Origin: Torpedo marmorata
Lineage: Eukaryota
Direction of reading: 5' to 3'
Assembly: GCA_977017645.1 (NCBI GenBank)
Contig: OZ360228.1
Location: 82,212,001-82,276,000, forward strand
Length of the DNA stretch: 64,000 nt
The notes beneath the pieces were generated by a model. It had not been told where the DNA came from, did not search any database, and worked only from the letters and a program-made list of their open reading frames with translations. Positions 13,113-26,558 of the stretch are shown piece after piece (positions within the stretch are counted from its first letter, which is position 1; each line of letters begins with the position of its first letter). The position numbers were made by a program, and so were the translations under genes.

Positions 13113-14035
13113 ATTTGTATCCAAATTTTTAGACAGATCAGCCACAATATCTTTCAATGATTTGTGCCCACATCTGAAGGTAAATTGAGTCTTCCCACAC
13201 AATACATGATAGTCCATCACAATGCTTGGATATGTCCTGTCCCATTCGCGGGTCAGAGACACCATAGGAAACAGGCGGAAGAGAGTAGCCATAGGAATTG
13301 TCAATATTGATTCCAGGCTCTGTGAAATTGAGTGTTATCGGGTTAACCAGGGCAAAGAAAGTTCCTTTAGATTCCCAGTGAACATCCTCTTTCAGTGCTC
13401 CTCATCTTGATGAGCCACTAGGAGAAGCATTGAAGGTATTAAGGGCACTGGATGTATTCTGAGTGGAGGACGCTGAAAATCTGGGTGGAGGACGTTGAAA
13501 CTACCGTCCATAGCTTTGTTGCATCAACAATTAGTGAGACGACTGAGCCCTGAGGTACGGAGCTACCAGATGGGTCAGTAGGTAGTAAGTGAGTGAGTGA
13601 GTTAAGGCTATGATTGCCAGAGAACATCACAGAGTACTTCTGATCCCAGAAGCAATGGAAAATAAATGCTAGACCTGGTAGCAATGCCTACAGATTGAGA
13701 AATTAATAAATAAAAAGGCTAGCATCAGGTGAAAGGGTCAGTCTCCTATGTTGACGAACATTGTTTAATCTTGAAATATACCACCAGAGAAAATTATTAA
13801 ATATTCTTATGTTGGAAAACCATTGAGGGGAAATATTAACCTCTTTTTCTCTCCATGGATTCTGCTTGACAGATAAGTAGTTGCTGTATTCTCAACTTGA
13901 ATTTCAGATTATTACAGGGGTGGTGCAGTAATTAGTGCCTCAGAGCTCCCACCATGGCCCGAGGTGCTGTATGTACGAAGTTTGCACATTCTGCCTATGA
14001 TATTCCATTTATCCGCCCTTAATGTAACTAATTTT

Positions 14036-14300
14036 TTTAAATTTTATAAAATTTAGACATACAGCATGGTAACAGGCCATTTCGGCCCACGAGCCCGTGC
14101 CGTTCAATTACACCCAATTGACCTACAACCCCTGGTACGTTTTGAAGGGCGAGAGGAAACCAGAGCCCCAGGGGGAAACCCACGCATACACGGGGAGAAC
14201 GTACAAACTCCTTACAGACAGCGCGGGATTCGAACCCAAGTCCCGATCGCTGGCTCTGTAACAGCATTGCGCTAACCGCTACGCTATCCATGTCACCCTC
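14036..14300 (-). mobile_element. tRNA-derived V-type (HE1-like) SINE
   Basis: Reverse complement of the 12848 and 54775 copies. Confidence 0.9.
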
Positions 14301-15204
14301 GGTGGAAAAAGAGTCAGAAGGAACTAAAGGGCAAATGGGAGATAATGTATGCAGAGTTGCAGGAAAATAAAGGAGAGAGGAGACTGATGGGAATGCTCTG
14401 TGAGAAGCTGGCATGGATCTCATGGGCTCGATGGACTTTTGTGTCCTAATAAATACTGGTAAGTAATTGTCTGCAGTATTTTCATATTTTAGATTTGAAT
14501 CATGGAAATCCAATTGATTTGCAGCACATACGGTACCTCTTTTGTACTGGCTGAACACAGCAAATGTAATGACCATTGCTCACCAATTCTTCCTTCACAA
14601 ATAAATGGGCACTTTATAAATAACTTTATACTCAGCATAACAGGTGTTGGATGATTTCCGATTTCCGATTTCAGATTTCAGACCTCTACCATCACTAAAA
14701 AAAAGATTCTTAGCTTCTTTGCTGCAGCCTTTCTTCCATACAGTTAAACTAGAAAATAATATTTGAGATAATGCTCTGTTGGATCATTATATGTATCACA
14801 CCAAAATGAATATTCACTAACAGCGCAGTTACAATCAGTTGCCAACTCTATGATAAAAGTTCTTCAAATGTAACAATGAATGGTCTAAGCAATTAGCCAT
14901 CACTAACACCACCAATCCACAACTTTACAATGACATTCTCATTACCTTATGTGCCATTATCAATCAATCCATACCCAGTCCTCTTAGGCATCCAGTCAAT
15001 ATTTTCATCTCTATTTAAACATTCTTCGGCGTTTGAAACCAAATCTTATCCACATCCACTCTGATCAACTGTCTTCCTCATATTTTCCTTCGCTCCTCTT
15101 CTGTCACTCAGGCTGTTATTGCCTGCATTAATTTTTTTCAATAGGCACTTTCTTTCACCTGAACTATCCAAATAATGACCAAGTCATGACATTTTAAAAG
15201 TTCA

Positions 15205-15622
15205 TAGTTCAAAGTTCAAATTTATTGTCAGAGAACATACATGACATCACATACAACCCTGAGATTCTTTTTTCCTGCGGGCCAAGCAGAATTTCTACAT
15301 ATCAGTCAAGCAAACTGTACTCAAGAAAAAAGATATGTATACAAAAGAGAGAAATGTAAACAAGGATAGAAAAGTAAACAAACTGGCTATTCAATGCAAA
15401 AAAAATTCAGTAATAAATAATGTAAGAAGTAAGAATCTTTAAATGAGTCTGATTGAGTTTGTTGTTTAGGAGTCTAATGGCGGAGGGGTAGAAACTGTTC
15501 CTGTACCTGGTGGTGCGAGTCTTGTGGCTCCGATACCTCTTTTCTGATGGCAGTAGCGAGAACAGAGCATGTCCTGAGTGGTGTGGATCCTTGATGATTG
15601 CTGCCGCTCTCCGACGGCAGCT
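15205..15622 (-). mobile_element. Rex1/Babar LINE family 1, 3' end
   Basis: AAAIIKDPHHSGHALFSLLPS...RYRNSFYPSAIRLLN; same tail as 3860-3970. Confidence 0.85.
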
Positions 15623-15629
15623 TTCCATG

Positions 15630-16582
15630 CCTCCTCCTCACTAATTATAAACACAGACGCACCCCAAGGATGCGTGCTTAGCCCACTGCTCTACTCATTA
15701 TACACCCATGACTGTGTGACCAGGCACAATTCCAATGCCATCGACAAGTTTGCCGATGACACCACAGTTGTCGGCAGAATCACAAACGGCAATGAGGAAG
15801 CGTACAGGAGGGAGATAGATCAGCTCGTTGAATGGTGTAAAAACAACAAGCTTGTGCTGAACGTCAGCAAAACCAAGGAGATGATTGTGGACTTCAGGAG
15901 GAAGTCAGGGGAACACGACCCAGTCCTCATCGATGGCTCAGTAGTGGAGAGGGTCAAGACTTCAAATTCCTGGGTATCAACATCTCCGAGGATCTGTCCT
16001 GGAGCCTCCATGTTGATGCAATCACAAAGAAGGCTCGCCAGCGGCTATACTTTGTGAGGTGTCTGAGGAGATTCGGTATGTCACCGAAGACTCTCTTAAC
16101 CTTCTACAGGTGTACCGTGGAGAGCATTCTGGCTGGTTGCATCACTGCCTGGTATGGAGGCGCCAACTCTCAGGACAAGAATAAACTCCAGAGGGTTGTT
16201 AACTTGGCCTGTGACATCACCGGCATCAGACTTCACTCCATCGAGGACATCTACATGAGGTGGTGTCTTAAAAAAGCAGCCTCTATCCTCAAAGACCCCC
16301 ACCACCCAGGCCATGCCCTTTTCACTCTGCTACCATCAGGAAAAAGGTTCAGGAGCCTAAAGACGAGCACTCAACGGCACAATGACAGCTTCTTCCCCGC
16401 TGCCATCAGATTCCTGAATAATCAATGAACCAAAGACACTGCCTTACTTTTCATGCACTATTATTTTTATTTCTTTATAGTAATGTCGTAAGATAGTTGT
16501 AATATGAATGTTTGCACTATGATGCTGCCACAAAACACCGAATTTCATGACTTGTTCATGACCATAGATTCTGATTCTGTTT
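15630..16582 (+). mobile_element. 5'-truncated Rex1/Babar LINE (family 2) with one frameshift
   Basis: APQGCVLSPLLYSLYTHDC...KFADDTTVVG...KTKEMIVDFRRK; tail (TTCTGA)n; near-identical to 61741-62555. Confidence 0.9.
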
Positions 16583-16846
16583 CTGAGATTTTCGTGATGG
16601 TGAGGAGAGTTTTGCCAACAGGAATGAAAATTTCCTTTTAGCTGAGAACACTATAGCCAATTATAATACCTGGCAGTGATAATTCGTTGCAGCAATGGGC
16701 AGGAATCAAAAGTGGAACCTTCTACTCAATACAATCTTTGTGATTCCAATAACATTTGCGAATATTTTAACACTGTGAGATACATGTTGTGAACTTTAAT
16801 TGTGATTTGGTTTCGAGAATGTGACAGAGAATTAATGAGATTCCAT

Positions 16847-16895
16847 GTATCTATCTATTTATTTATTTATCTATTTATTTATTTATTTATTTATT
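16847..16895. repeat. (TCTA/TTTA)n microsatellite
   Basis: Visible tetranucleotide array. Confidence 0.9.
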
Positions 16896-17834
16896 GATAA
16901 GAAACATTTATTGAACAATAGATTTTTTACCCAGAAAATACTCAAAGAAATATGTAACCATTTTGAAAATACTTTTGAAATATTCAAAAGGAGGTATCCT
17001 TGCAAACACTTAAATGGAAGCAGACACTGATCGCAAAAATAGAGTACTGTAGTTGAAATAACTCTGCTTTAAATAATCAATAAAATCACAAATCTAATTT
17101 CTGATAGGTTAGTTTACAATTGGTTACAAAACTCATTGAAGTACAAAGTGAAAAGCAGGGTTTGAGTTTGGCTGCACAGGCTCAGCTTGTTTACTTGCAC
17201 AGGGACGTTATCATTTTTTTCAAAATTGGTGTTTTGTAGGTAGTTCTCTTTTGTGTGTCATTTAAATTCCTGTTGTATCTAATATCAAAACCTGCAATTA
17301 ACTTCCTAATTAGGGGCTAAACTTGTTCTGCTGGATAGGGGCTTGTCCATCATACACACACTGTTTGATGGCTCTGATACAATGTGCCCTTCAGACATCC
17401 TGTCCCCTGGGGAAATCAGTAGTTTTTGGTGGGAGGAGTAGGACTTCCTCTGTTTAAACTAAACTGGTTCATAAGTTCAGGCTTTTCACATCTTCTGTTT
17501 ATTGGGCGCATCATGTTTGAGTTGACTCAAATTTAAACCTTGTTCGCAGCTTTCAAAGTTTGTCTGTGACCTTGAACTTTTGCATAAGTTGCTTTGTTTG
17601 ATGGCTGAAGGGAAACTTCTACATGAAACAGAAATCCTTACCATTTTTTAAAGAGGATATCTAATACTGATATAGGGTAACACCTATTGGATTTAAAGAG
17701 TGAAACAATGAGATGATAGAAATAGAGGAGTGTAGGATAGTTTGCAGTAATTGGACCACTATGTTTCATTTTTCTTAAGTGGAGAGATTTATACTAGAGA
17801 TCTGACCGGTTGGATATAAAATTGAAAGAATATA

Positions 17835-17925
17835 ACTTTTTTTAAAAATTAGACATACTTGTAGGCCCATCGGCCCTACAAGTCCGTGCCGCCCAAATTA
17901 CACCCCATTAACATTTTTGAAGGTT
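17835..17925 (-). mobile_element. 3' fragment of tRNA SINE
   Basis: TTAGACATAC...GTCCGTGCCGCCCAAATTACACCCC matches the SINE tail. Confidence 0.65.
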
Positions 17926-18589
17926 GTCCTTAGTTAATCCAAAACCAATTTATGCCTTAGTATTTTAATTTTTTTCCCATATCCAATCTGACCCAACATA
18001 ATCATCAACTTAAATGCAGCAATTCCTTGATTTACAAACATTTGATTTATGGATTTTTGCTCTAACACCATTAGATCTTTGGGAGTTTAATGACATTCTC
18101 CATGTGAAGCAGTGCATTGTGCTTGAAATGCTCAAATCACATTTAGTGCAACCTTCCACACATTGTGTTTTTGTACAGAATGACTGCTCTATTTGTTATC
18201 ACACCTTATTTTGTACTTTCTTCAACATGGCTCAAAACACCCCAGCAGTTCTAAAGTTTGCAATTCTACTAAGAACTCATGACAAGATTAACATTAAGTT
18301 GAATAAAATTAATGTAAGCATTGAGGGTGAAGATTTGATTGATATTAACTGTTGATTAAATCTTGCAACACCGATGGTATGAACAATCCTTAATGTTACT
18401 TTTGCTCTGTTCTAATTGATGCTTCTCTGCAACTCTGTAACTCTGCATGTTTTCATTGCTGCGCCATGTATGGACTGACTAGCTGGATTGCAAGCCAAAT
18501 GAGCTGTCCCACTGTACCTCAGTACGTAACAATAAACTTGAACGAATTGCAAGCAAAATAAATGTTAGTGCCTAAATTTCATTACATTT

Positions 18590-19330
18590 TACAGCAGACA
18601 GAAAAGTTATGATGGAAGAATGGAAAAAGGGTTAAGTATACGATTAGAAGATCCAAATCAATGGCACATGCCCTTAGGTTTGATGATGATCCAGGAAAAA
18701 ATGAGATCATTATAGAAATATTTGAAAAAGCATGGGAAGGGTGATGGGTCTTCTGGAAGTACCAATACATTCATATTAGCAGCTGCAGATACTGAGTGGC
18801 AGAGATTTTTTTCTGAAGAGCTGAAAGAAATCATCGGGAAAGGCTACTCTTCCAAACAAATGTTTAGTGGAGATGAGACAGGACTCATTTGGAATAGATG
18901 GCTCTTTTGTCATCTTGAGGAATGAGAAAACGGCTCAGTCTGCAAGTAAGCCAAAGAGCTTCATGGAGGCAAAACTAAGGACAACCATAAGCTTAAGTCT
19001 CTCTTAACTTTCCATCTGGAGAATCTGGGGACTCTAATTCAAATCTTCCAGTGGTGTAGTGAATTAACATAATCCCTAGATGATTGTGTTCTTTCAAGAT
19101 TTAATTGTGTTGATTTTTTTCCATCTTCACCAGCCAGTATTGTGCAAACAATAACTTGGACAGTGCAACCTTGACCTCGCCCTGGACATTCGGTTAACAT
19201 TGAGGACATGGCTGATAATCATTGGGCATTTTGGGTAACTGGAAATGCTATTGGAATATTATGATAAAGAGCTGACAGACTTTGAGCTTGAGCAACAGAA
19301 ATCATGAGAAGAATCAGAAGCACTAAATAT
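18590..19330 (+). mobile_element. Decayed pogo/Tigger transposase fragment
   Basis: ORF 18722..18925 EELKEIIGKGYSSKQMFSGDETGLIWNR resembles the pogo/Tigger GY...QVFNADETGLFWK first-aspartate motif. Confidence 0.65.
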
Positions 19331-19764
19331 TGATCAAGTACAGAGAGCACCTCAGATAATACCAAGGAAATTCCCAACCTGGGTAAAGTACTGCTGGGCT
19401 GACACAGATCCAGAATTTTTTATGAGCCTGATCGCCTGACCCAGACTTGGCATGTGTACTCAACATGTTTGGATATCTTGGCCCTAATTCGTACAATTGA
19501 TGGCAATGGATGTTACCCTGAAAAAACCTACAACTTTAATAAAATACTGTGTAACTATTACAATGCAATATCATTCCTGTACCAAAACAAAATGTATGCT
19601 ACGAACTTTCAAATAAATTCAAAACACACAGAACATTTGCTGACTGATTTCACGTGGTCATTTGCAAAGAACACTATTTATCCTCTGGTAATGCCCAGAA
19701 CCATATTATATGAAACAGGACAGCTGTAATTAAAATACAGCTGGTTGCAATCAACAGTTTCAGA

Positions 19765-19940
19765 ATTTCAGAATCAGAATTTATTGTCATGAACAAGTCA
19801 TGAAAGTCGGTGTTTTGCGGCAGCATCATAGTGCAAACATTCATAGTGAAATTAACATTCATATTATAACCATCTTACGACATTACTATAAAAAAATATA
19901 AATAATAGTGCACGAAAAGTAAGGCAGTGTCTTTGGTTCA
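19765..19940 (-). mobile_element. Rex1/Babar family 2 3' tail only
   Basis: (TCAGAA)n TTTATTGTCATGAACAAGTCATGAAA is the reverse of the 16430-16580 tail. Confidence 0.8.
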
Positions 19941-21528
19941 GTGAAATATTGAAATTATTTCAATAGAAATTTTTTAATCAGCATAAAAAGCATGAGAGAG
20001 ATCTAGAAAATCGTTTAAAATATATGCATCTATTTGATTTTTCAGGTTTCGGATTTAAAATTAATTACATTTGAGAGTGGTGTATTAGAAAATAATTACC
20101 TGCAAGAATTAATTCTTAAATTTAGGTTAAGCCCCATAAAATCCAGAAATTTCAAAGCTATTAGTTTTCAGCAGTTTGCAATAGAATCACATAATTTTTC
20201 AAAATCTTGTCAATTTAACATCATTTTATTGTGGCCCCATTGTAAAAACTCTGAAAATATATGCAAAATTCTAAATGGCTTTTTTATTGTCTTACAAAGC
20301 CATAATTACCATGCCCCCCACATAATAATTAATTTTCCTTTTGTAGCTTGTAACACCCTCACACATACTTCAAAATATAATAGATTTTAAAATGTTTATT
20401 TATCTTTTGGCTTCTATCTTAAAATGTTAGTTCTTATTGTTATTTAGCACTCTGCAAATTGTTTAAAAAGTTCATCAAAATGGTACCTTTTGCTTCCTGG
20501 TCTGTGATAATTTCCCTTTAATGTGATTTGTTGCTCATCAAATTTGATGACATTTTGGTGCTGCATGACTGAAATCTCTTTGAAGTGATACCAGACAGCA
20601 ACCAACATTTGAAAAGTAGTTCTCACCACTGATCATCCTGGGATGATTTCTTCAATGTTTGGGCCAAACTTTTCGGCAAAGCCAATATCTGTATCATCGC
20701 AATAGGGATAACTTCAAGAGGGGAATGATGTTGAAAATACATTTAAACTGTATTAACATTGTACTTGTCTATTTAACTTTAATTTGTTTCTCCAAAATTG
20801 CTTTCCTGACTTGAAAGCTGATTTCCAATTACAAGTATGGATTTTTGACTCAGTAAATCTTGTATATAGTGAAATTTCAACTGAATAGTCCTTGTCATAT
20901 CTACCACCTCCCTGTACACAAATCTTTTTTTTGCCCCTTATCCACTTATTCAATCTATTATTTAATTTTGGCATGATTCCTGTCTTAACTACCAATGTGG
21001 AAGTGAATTCCATGCTCTCTACTACTCCCCTTTCTCCTTAAAATTATTCATAACTTGTCTATGCTGTGGCTGAAACAGTATAAAATGTCACAGAGCTGCA
21101 GAAAAATTGAGCTCAAGAATAATAAATCTAGAGATCCAACACAAAAGTCAGTTCAAATTGTAAATGCACTAATTATGCTTAGAATGGAACTAAACAATCT
21201 ATTGCCTATGGGTATGGAGACCTTGCTTCAGCAGAAAGCAATATCATGAAGATTGCAATGATGATAAGCTCCATGCCTGCATCTTTTACCAGTAGTTGCA
21301 GAGTTCAATTATTGCATACCATGGAAAAACAAATATTTTACCTCATGCCCCAATGAAAACAATAAGTAATTTGCTATTTAGAATTCAGAACCTCAAACTA
21401 TTTTGCTTAAGCTCATTATTTAGTGAGACTCCCGATTTGAAGCAGCTCTCACAACTGTCTAATCTAGGCAATAGAGACCCAAGCAACCATAAAGTTAGCA
21501 GTATTTTGGCAACCAAACAGGGCCTTAA

Positions 21529-21652
21529 ACAAGAAAATCTGCAGATGCTGGGGTCAAGTGCAATGCACAAATATGCTGAAGAAACTCAGCAGGTCACACA
21601 GCATCTGTATGGATGCTACGTGACCTACTGAGTTTCTCCAGCACATTTGTGT
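21529..21652. mobile_element. Short inverted pair of Penelope-like termini (hairpin)
   Basis: GCTGAAGAAACTCAGCAGGTCACACAGCATC...GATGCTACGTGACCTACTGAGTTTCTCCAGC. Confidence 0.7.
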
Positions 21653-22766
21653 AACAACCAGGGTCTGATGGGTTCCCTGTTGAATTCGATAAAGTTAGAT
21701 CCTCTCAGCTGATAACAATGTAATAAAAATTATCCCATTCATGCATGTTTGAAGTATCTTCTCAGTCACAATCTGTGGAATGGCAAACAACTATTCACAT
21801 AAGAATCAAACATCCTACTGTATGTATATTTACCTACATTCAATAATGATCATAAAATAAAAACCAAAGTTCTGGCCTCCAGGCTGAACATGACAGCAAA
21901 CAAACTACTCCACAAATGCCAAATTACTGAGGCATTTTGAGGAAGAGATAACAATGAGGTACTCTGCATTAGGACCAGACTTCGTACACTGTATTTTCAC
22001 TCTTCATAAATGGCATTCAAACACTGGAAATTCTTTCTACCCAAGCATATGAAAAGAACACTTGGTGACATATTTAAAACTTACATTAAGAATTTATATT
22101 CCAAACTCTTTTGCTGTGAATTACGAAACCTCCCTACTTTCTACCTTCAAATAAGCATTCCTATTATATATGCTTTGACCATCAAATCTTTGGTAACAGC
22201 ACAACAATAAATGAAGAATGGAAGCTAGTGAGAATAAACTCAAAATAATATTGTGAGTTGGAGATATATACCAGTACCACTGTCTTGTTGTCTGTTATAT
22301 TTGAACATATCAATTACTGAGGGCACTTTTGGGTTACAGAGATAAACAGCAAAACAGACGTACATTAGTCAAGAAATTGAACACATTTGTACGTGTTTTT
22401 AAACACAAATCAAGCATGAAAGGCACTTTACACTTGTTTTAACCAAGCAGTGAATGTTCTCTTATTCATATACTGCCTATTGAGAAATTGAACTGGGCAA
22501 GTATGGCCACAATTGAGATAGACTAAGATTTCTCTGGTGTTACTTGTGCATGTAAAAATGTATCAACATGAATAGTTGTCATTTCTGCCTTAAGTGTTGG
22601 ATATTGGAGCAATAACATGCAACTTATGGCCTTTGTTTTTAACTCTCTCTGAGACAAGGAACAAACCATGTGTATAAGTTGAGTGGTAAGATCTGGGAGG
22701 AATTGATGGGGCTGTGGGAAACATGAAATGTAAATTGGTGCTTGATGGTCAGCTTGGATCAAATGG

Positions 22767-22886
22767 CCTGTTTTCCTGAGGTTTGTCTCTATAGCTCCTG
22801 TTTTCCTGAGGTTTGTCTCTATAGCTCCTGTTTTCCTGAGGTTTGTCTCTATAGCTCCTGTTTTCCTGAGGTTTGTCTCTATAGCT
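22767..22886. repeat. 30-bp tandem repeat, 4 copies
   Basis: (CCTGTTTTCCTGAGGTTTGTCTCTATAGCT)x4. Confidence 0.95.
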
Positions 22887-23356
22887 CTGACATACTTAGG
22901 AAGATGAACCTCATCTAAGGCAAAATGACCAGGTTAATTATCACCCAGTCTATTACTCTGAGCATTCATTCCCTCCACAACTGTCCTACCATGGCTGCAG
23001 TGTGCCTCATCAATCGCAGCTAGTCACGGAGTCTACTCCAACTTCCAAACCCATAATCTCTACCACCAAGAAGGACAAGGACAGTAGGCACACGGAAAGG
23101 ACACCACCTGCAGGTTTCATGATTTGGAAATATATTGCTGGGTATAAATCCTGGAGCTCTGTATCCGCCAGTACTGTGTGAGTTAAAACAGAAAATGCTG
23201 GAAACCCTCCACAGGTCATTTACTTGACACACTAAACACCATTTCTTTCTCCACCCATACTGCCTCACCTGCTGAGTATTCCCAGCTTTGATTTTTATTT
23301 TTGTTTCTGATTTCCAGCATTTTGCAAGCTCTACAGGAATAATTATGACTCTATGA

Positions 23357-23818
23357 TAGTGGTACTCAACCTTTTTTTTTCCACTTACATACCACCTCAA
23401 GTAATCCCTTACTAACCACAGAGCACCTGATGGAGAGCTCCAGGATTTTTCCCAGCAATATATTTCCAAATCATGAAACCTGCAGGTGGTATCCTTTCCG
23501 TGTGCCTACTGTCCTTGTCCTTCTTGGTGGTAGAGATTATGGGTTTGGAAGTTGGAGTAGACTCCGTGACTAGCTGCGATTGATGAGGCACACTGCAGCC
23601 ATGGTAGGACAGTTGTGGAGGGAATGAATGCTCAGAGTAATAGACTGGGTGATAATTAACCTGGTCATTTTGCCTTAGATGAGGTTCATCTTCCTAAGTA
23701 TGTCGGAGCTATAGAGACAAACCTCAGGAAAACAGGAGCTATAGAGACAAACCTCAGGAAAACAGGCCCTTTGATCCAAGGTGGTATGTGAGTGGAAAAA
23801 AAAAGTTGAGAACCACTG
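23357..23818. mobile_element. hAT MITE carrying a 347-bp inverted copy of nearby upstream DNA
   Basis: TIRs TAGTGGTACTCAACC / GTTGAGAACCACTG; 8-bp TSD CTCTATGA at 23349-23356 and 23819-23826; 23434-23780 is the reverse complement of 22753-23160. Confidence 0.92.
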
Positions 23819-26558
23819 CTCTATGACAATAACTTCACCAGCAGTTCACCACCACCTTCTTAAGGGCAAATAACAATGAATGGTAAATACTGGTCATATT
23901 GGTTGATATACTAATTGTATCATTAAAAATGGCTTCCAAATCTGCAAATTGACATTCCTGAATGCTGTTCCCGTGCCTTGTGTTTCCTGCTCTAATATGT
24001 AGAGGTAAAGAAAGTCAAGAAGACGCAAAGATGAAAAAAGACCAGGAACGCAAAAAAAAAGGAGATAAGAGTCTGCAGATGCTGGGATGTGGAGCAAAAA
24101 CAAACTGCCGGAGGAACTCAGCGGATGGACGAGCATCTGTGGGGGAAAGGAATTGCCGGCGTTTCAGGAGGAGACACTGCATCTGGAGGGTATTGATTTT
24201 TGATGCAATAGAAGTATATTGATCGCTAAAGGCCCCATTATTGCTCTACGTGATCGTAGTTTCCTCAAGTCCCGGTTTCATCATCTCTATCCATGCACAC
24301 GATCGTAAAAGTGAAGAATTTACCACGAACCTGTCCCCAAAATGACATAGACCTGTTGTCTATTTAAACTCGTGATCAAAAACGTTTGTGAGACTGACGC
24401 GATTCTATTTATTTTGCATATGAAGGGACGTCTTCACTGTTTTATTGTTCATTTTGAAGTCAGCAACTTAGCCTATGAATTAAAATGCACATTTCGCAAA
24501 TTATTCTTATGGTTCCAAACCTTCCATGGTAAAATTTTAAATGCCCGAACAGACTGAGACTGAGAGGACATGTTTCCCTTGTAAAGTTTTACTTCCCCCA
24601 GTTTCACTGAACGTCTGGTTACCCGGTAAAAAAAATATTCCGTGTACTTCATCCATTGTTTGTATTGTTTTAATCTGTTTATCCTCCTGTCGCCATGAGT
24701 TGCCTTTATGCCTTAGTTTTCGTCCCCCTTCTCCTCCACTGTACTTTCTCTTACTCGGGCTGTTTTTTGCCGCTCCGGAAGAACTCAAATCACATGCGAG
24801 AGGATTCTAAATAAAATACGTGTTATTTACAAGAAAACTGATTAAAAAAGGAGGTCTAACTAGTTTGAGAAAACGGAAAGAGGGAAGTATGCATCTTGTT
24901 TATAGATACGGTATAGGTGCGCTAATCTCCGGTGGCTTGTTGGATGTGCAATTATTACCCATTTCAGCAGGAAGGAAGTGAAATATTACAGATCGGATAA
25001 GTGAGGCTTTATGAACTCTGTGCTAAACTAGCACAGTGACGTACATACTTCCCAACAAATTGCATGAGCTGGGCGGCCACTTATTAGTCGAACTGCCTGA
25101 TAGTTACAGCTCTCTTTCCTCAAATGGAACTAACATGGGAGTTAAGGAGTTTGTGACTTTCCTCAGCGCGTCGTCGATTCAGTCACCTTCAAAGAATTTG
25201 AATTTATTGAACTATGTTGTCCTTGTGTCAAAGCATAGTCATGCAAATGAATTAAATGAGATGATTTTGGAGCAAATGTGTTAAATGTATGGTAAGTTAC
25301 CTTTTAATATTGATTCAGTCATTATTGGTACTCTATGTGGTAAGACTGAGATTGTTATGTATTGCAGTTCTTTGTACCGATCAATAGAAAATGACAGTGG
25401 TTATTTAAGCTGCATATGGATTTCTTATTACTGAAGCCACACGTGCCGCACTCAGCAAAACGCCAGCGCGCTGTTGAATACTGATATCTTTACTTTTACA
25501 AAAGCACATACATATTTTGAACATCGATTGACTGATATTCTAATAGAGTTCCATCTGGTTTAACTTATTTTAGATTTTAGTGCCAGGAGCAGTGTCTGTA
25601 TTCAGTTAAAGGTTACTGCTGATGCTGGGCTCAATTAAGTACGATTAATGTTGTAGTTTTGGAAGTAAAATTGAACTTGTGCTTTTAGAATCTTTTGTTC
25701 GATGCTTAAAACCATGGCTCAACAGAATTTAACGATAAAATATGCAGAATTAAACACGTTTACATTAATACACGTTAGGCAACGTATGCCAGGTTGTTTT
25801 TTCATATACCTATGAATGAGATGAGATGCCTATTTTAGTTGAAAGCCATTTTCATGTAAAGTCGAAAAATAAAAATGTACTGACGTTTATTGTGTTGTAT
25901 ACTTTTGTATCTGCCAAATGTTTACGCACTTGTAATGCTTTCCTTGCGGCTGCATCCATCTTAGAAACATTTCCCTACAGCTTTAAATGAAGGTGGGTGT
26001 TGGTCGACGTTTCGTAAATAAGGTAGAGATGACCGTGCGTGTGATCTGACCCAACGCGCGATACAGTTGTGGGATTTTGTATGAATAATATCGGAATTCC
26101 ATCTTTTATATATGTCATTTAGAATCTTAGAATTGTTACCACAGAGAAAGGTGCCATTCGGCCCATCAAGCCAAGGTAGTTTAACAGTTGTGCAACCGTT
26201 TTCTTATTGAAGCTGTTGATAGTTTGGATTTTTGCAATGAGACTTTTGGGGAAATGGCAAAACTTTTTTTGATGCAGTTTACGAACCTAACCTGATTTTT
26301 TTTTTTAAAAAAATGAACACGCAGAGAACAAAATCTACCCATTGTGGAAAGGGTCGACCGTAAATAACGCACGTTAAAGATATTCCATCCTTCACGGGAT
26401 GAAATAATACTATTCATTGCGGAGCATCTCGAGGTTCATTTCGATGGGTCCAACTCCAGCAGACCTCTGCTGGAATTCCATGTGCCTGTTCTGTTGGGCA
26501 CTGTTAATACTCAGCGCTGTCCCTGTGAGTGCTGCTTCAGTCTCTCTGCACATTGTAT

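Noticed and set aside
20450-20750. Possible RT remnant (YCDDT) on the minus strand
   Set aside because: Too decayed to assign by eye; probably an old LINE fragment
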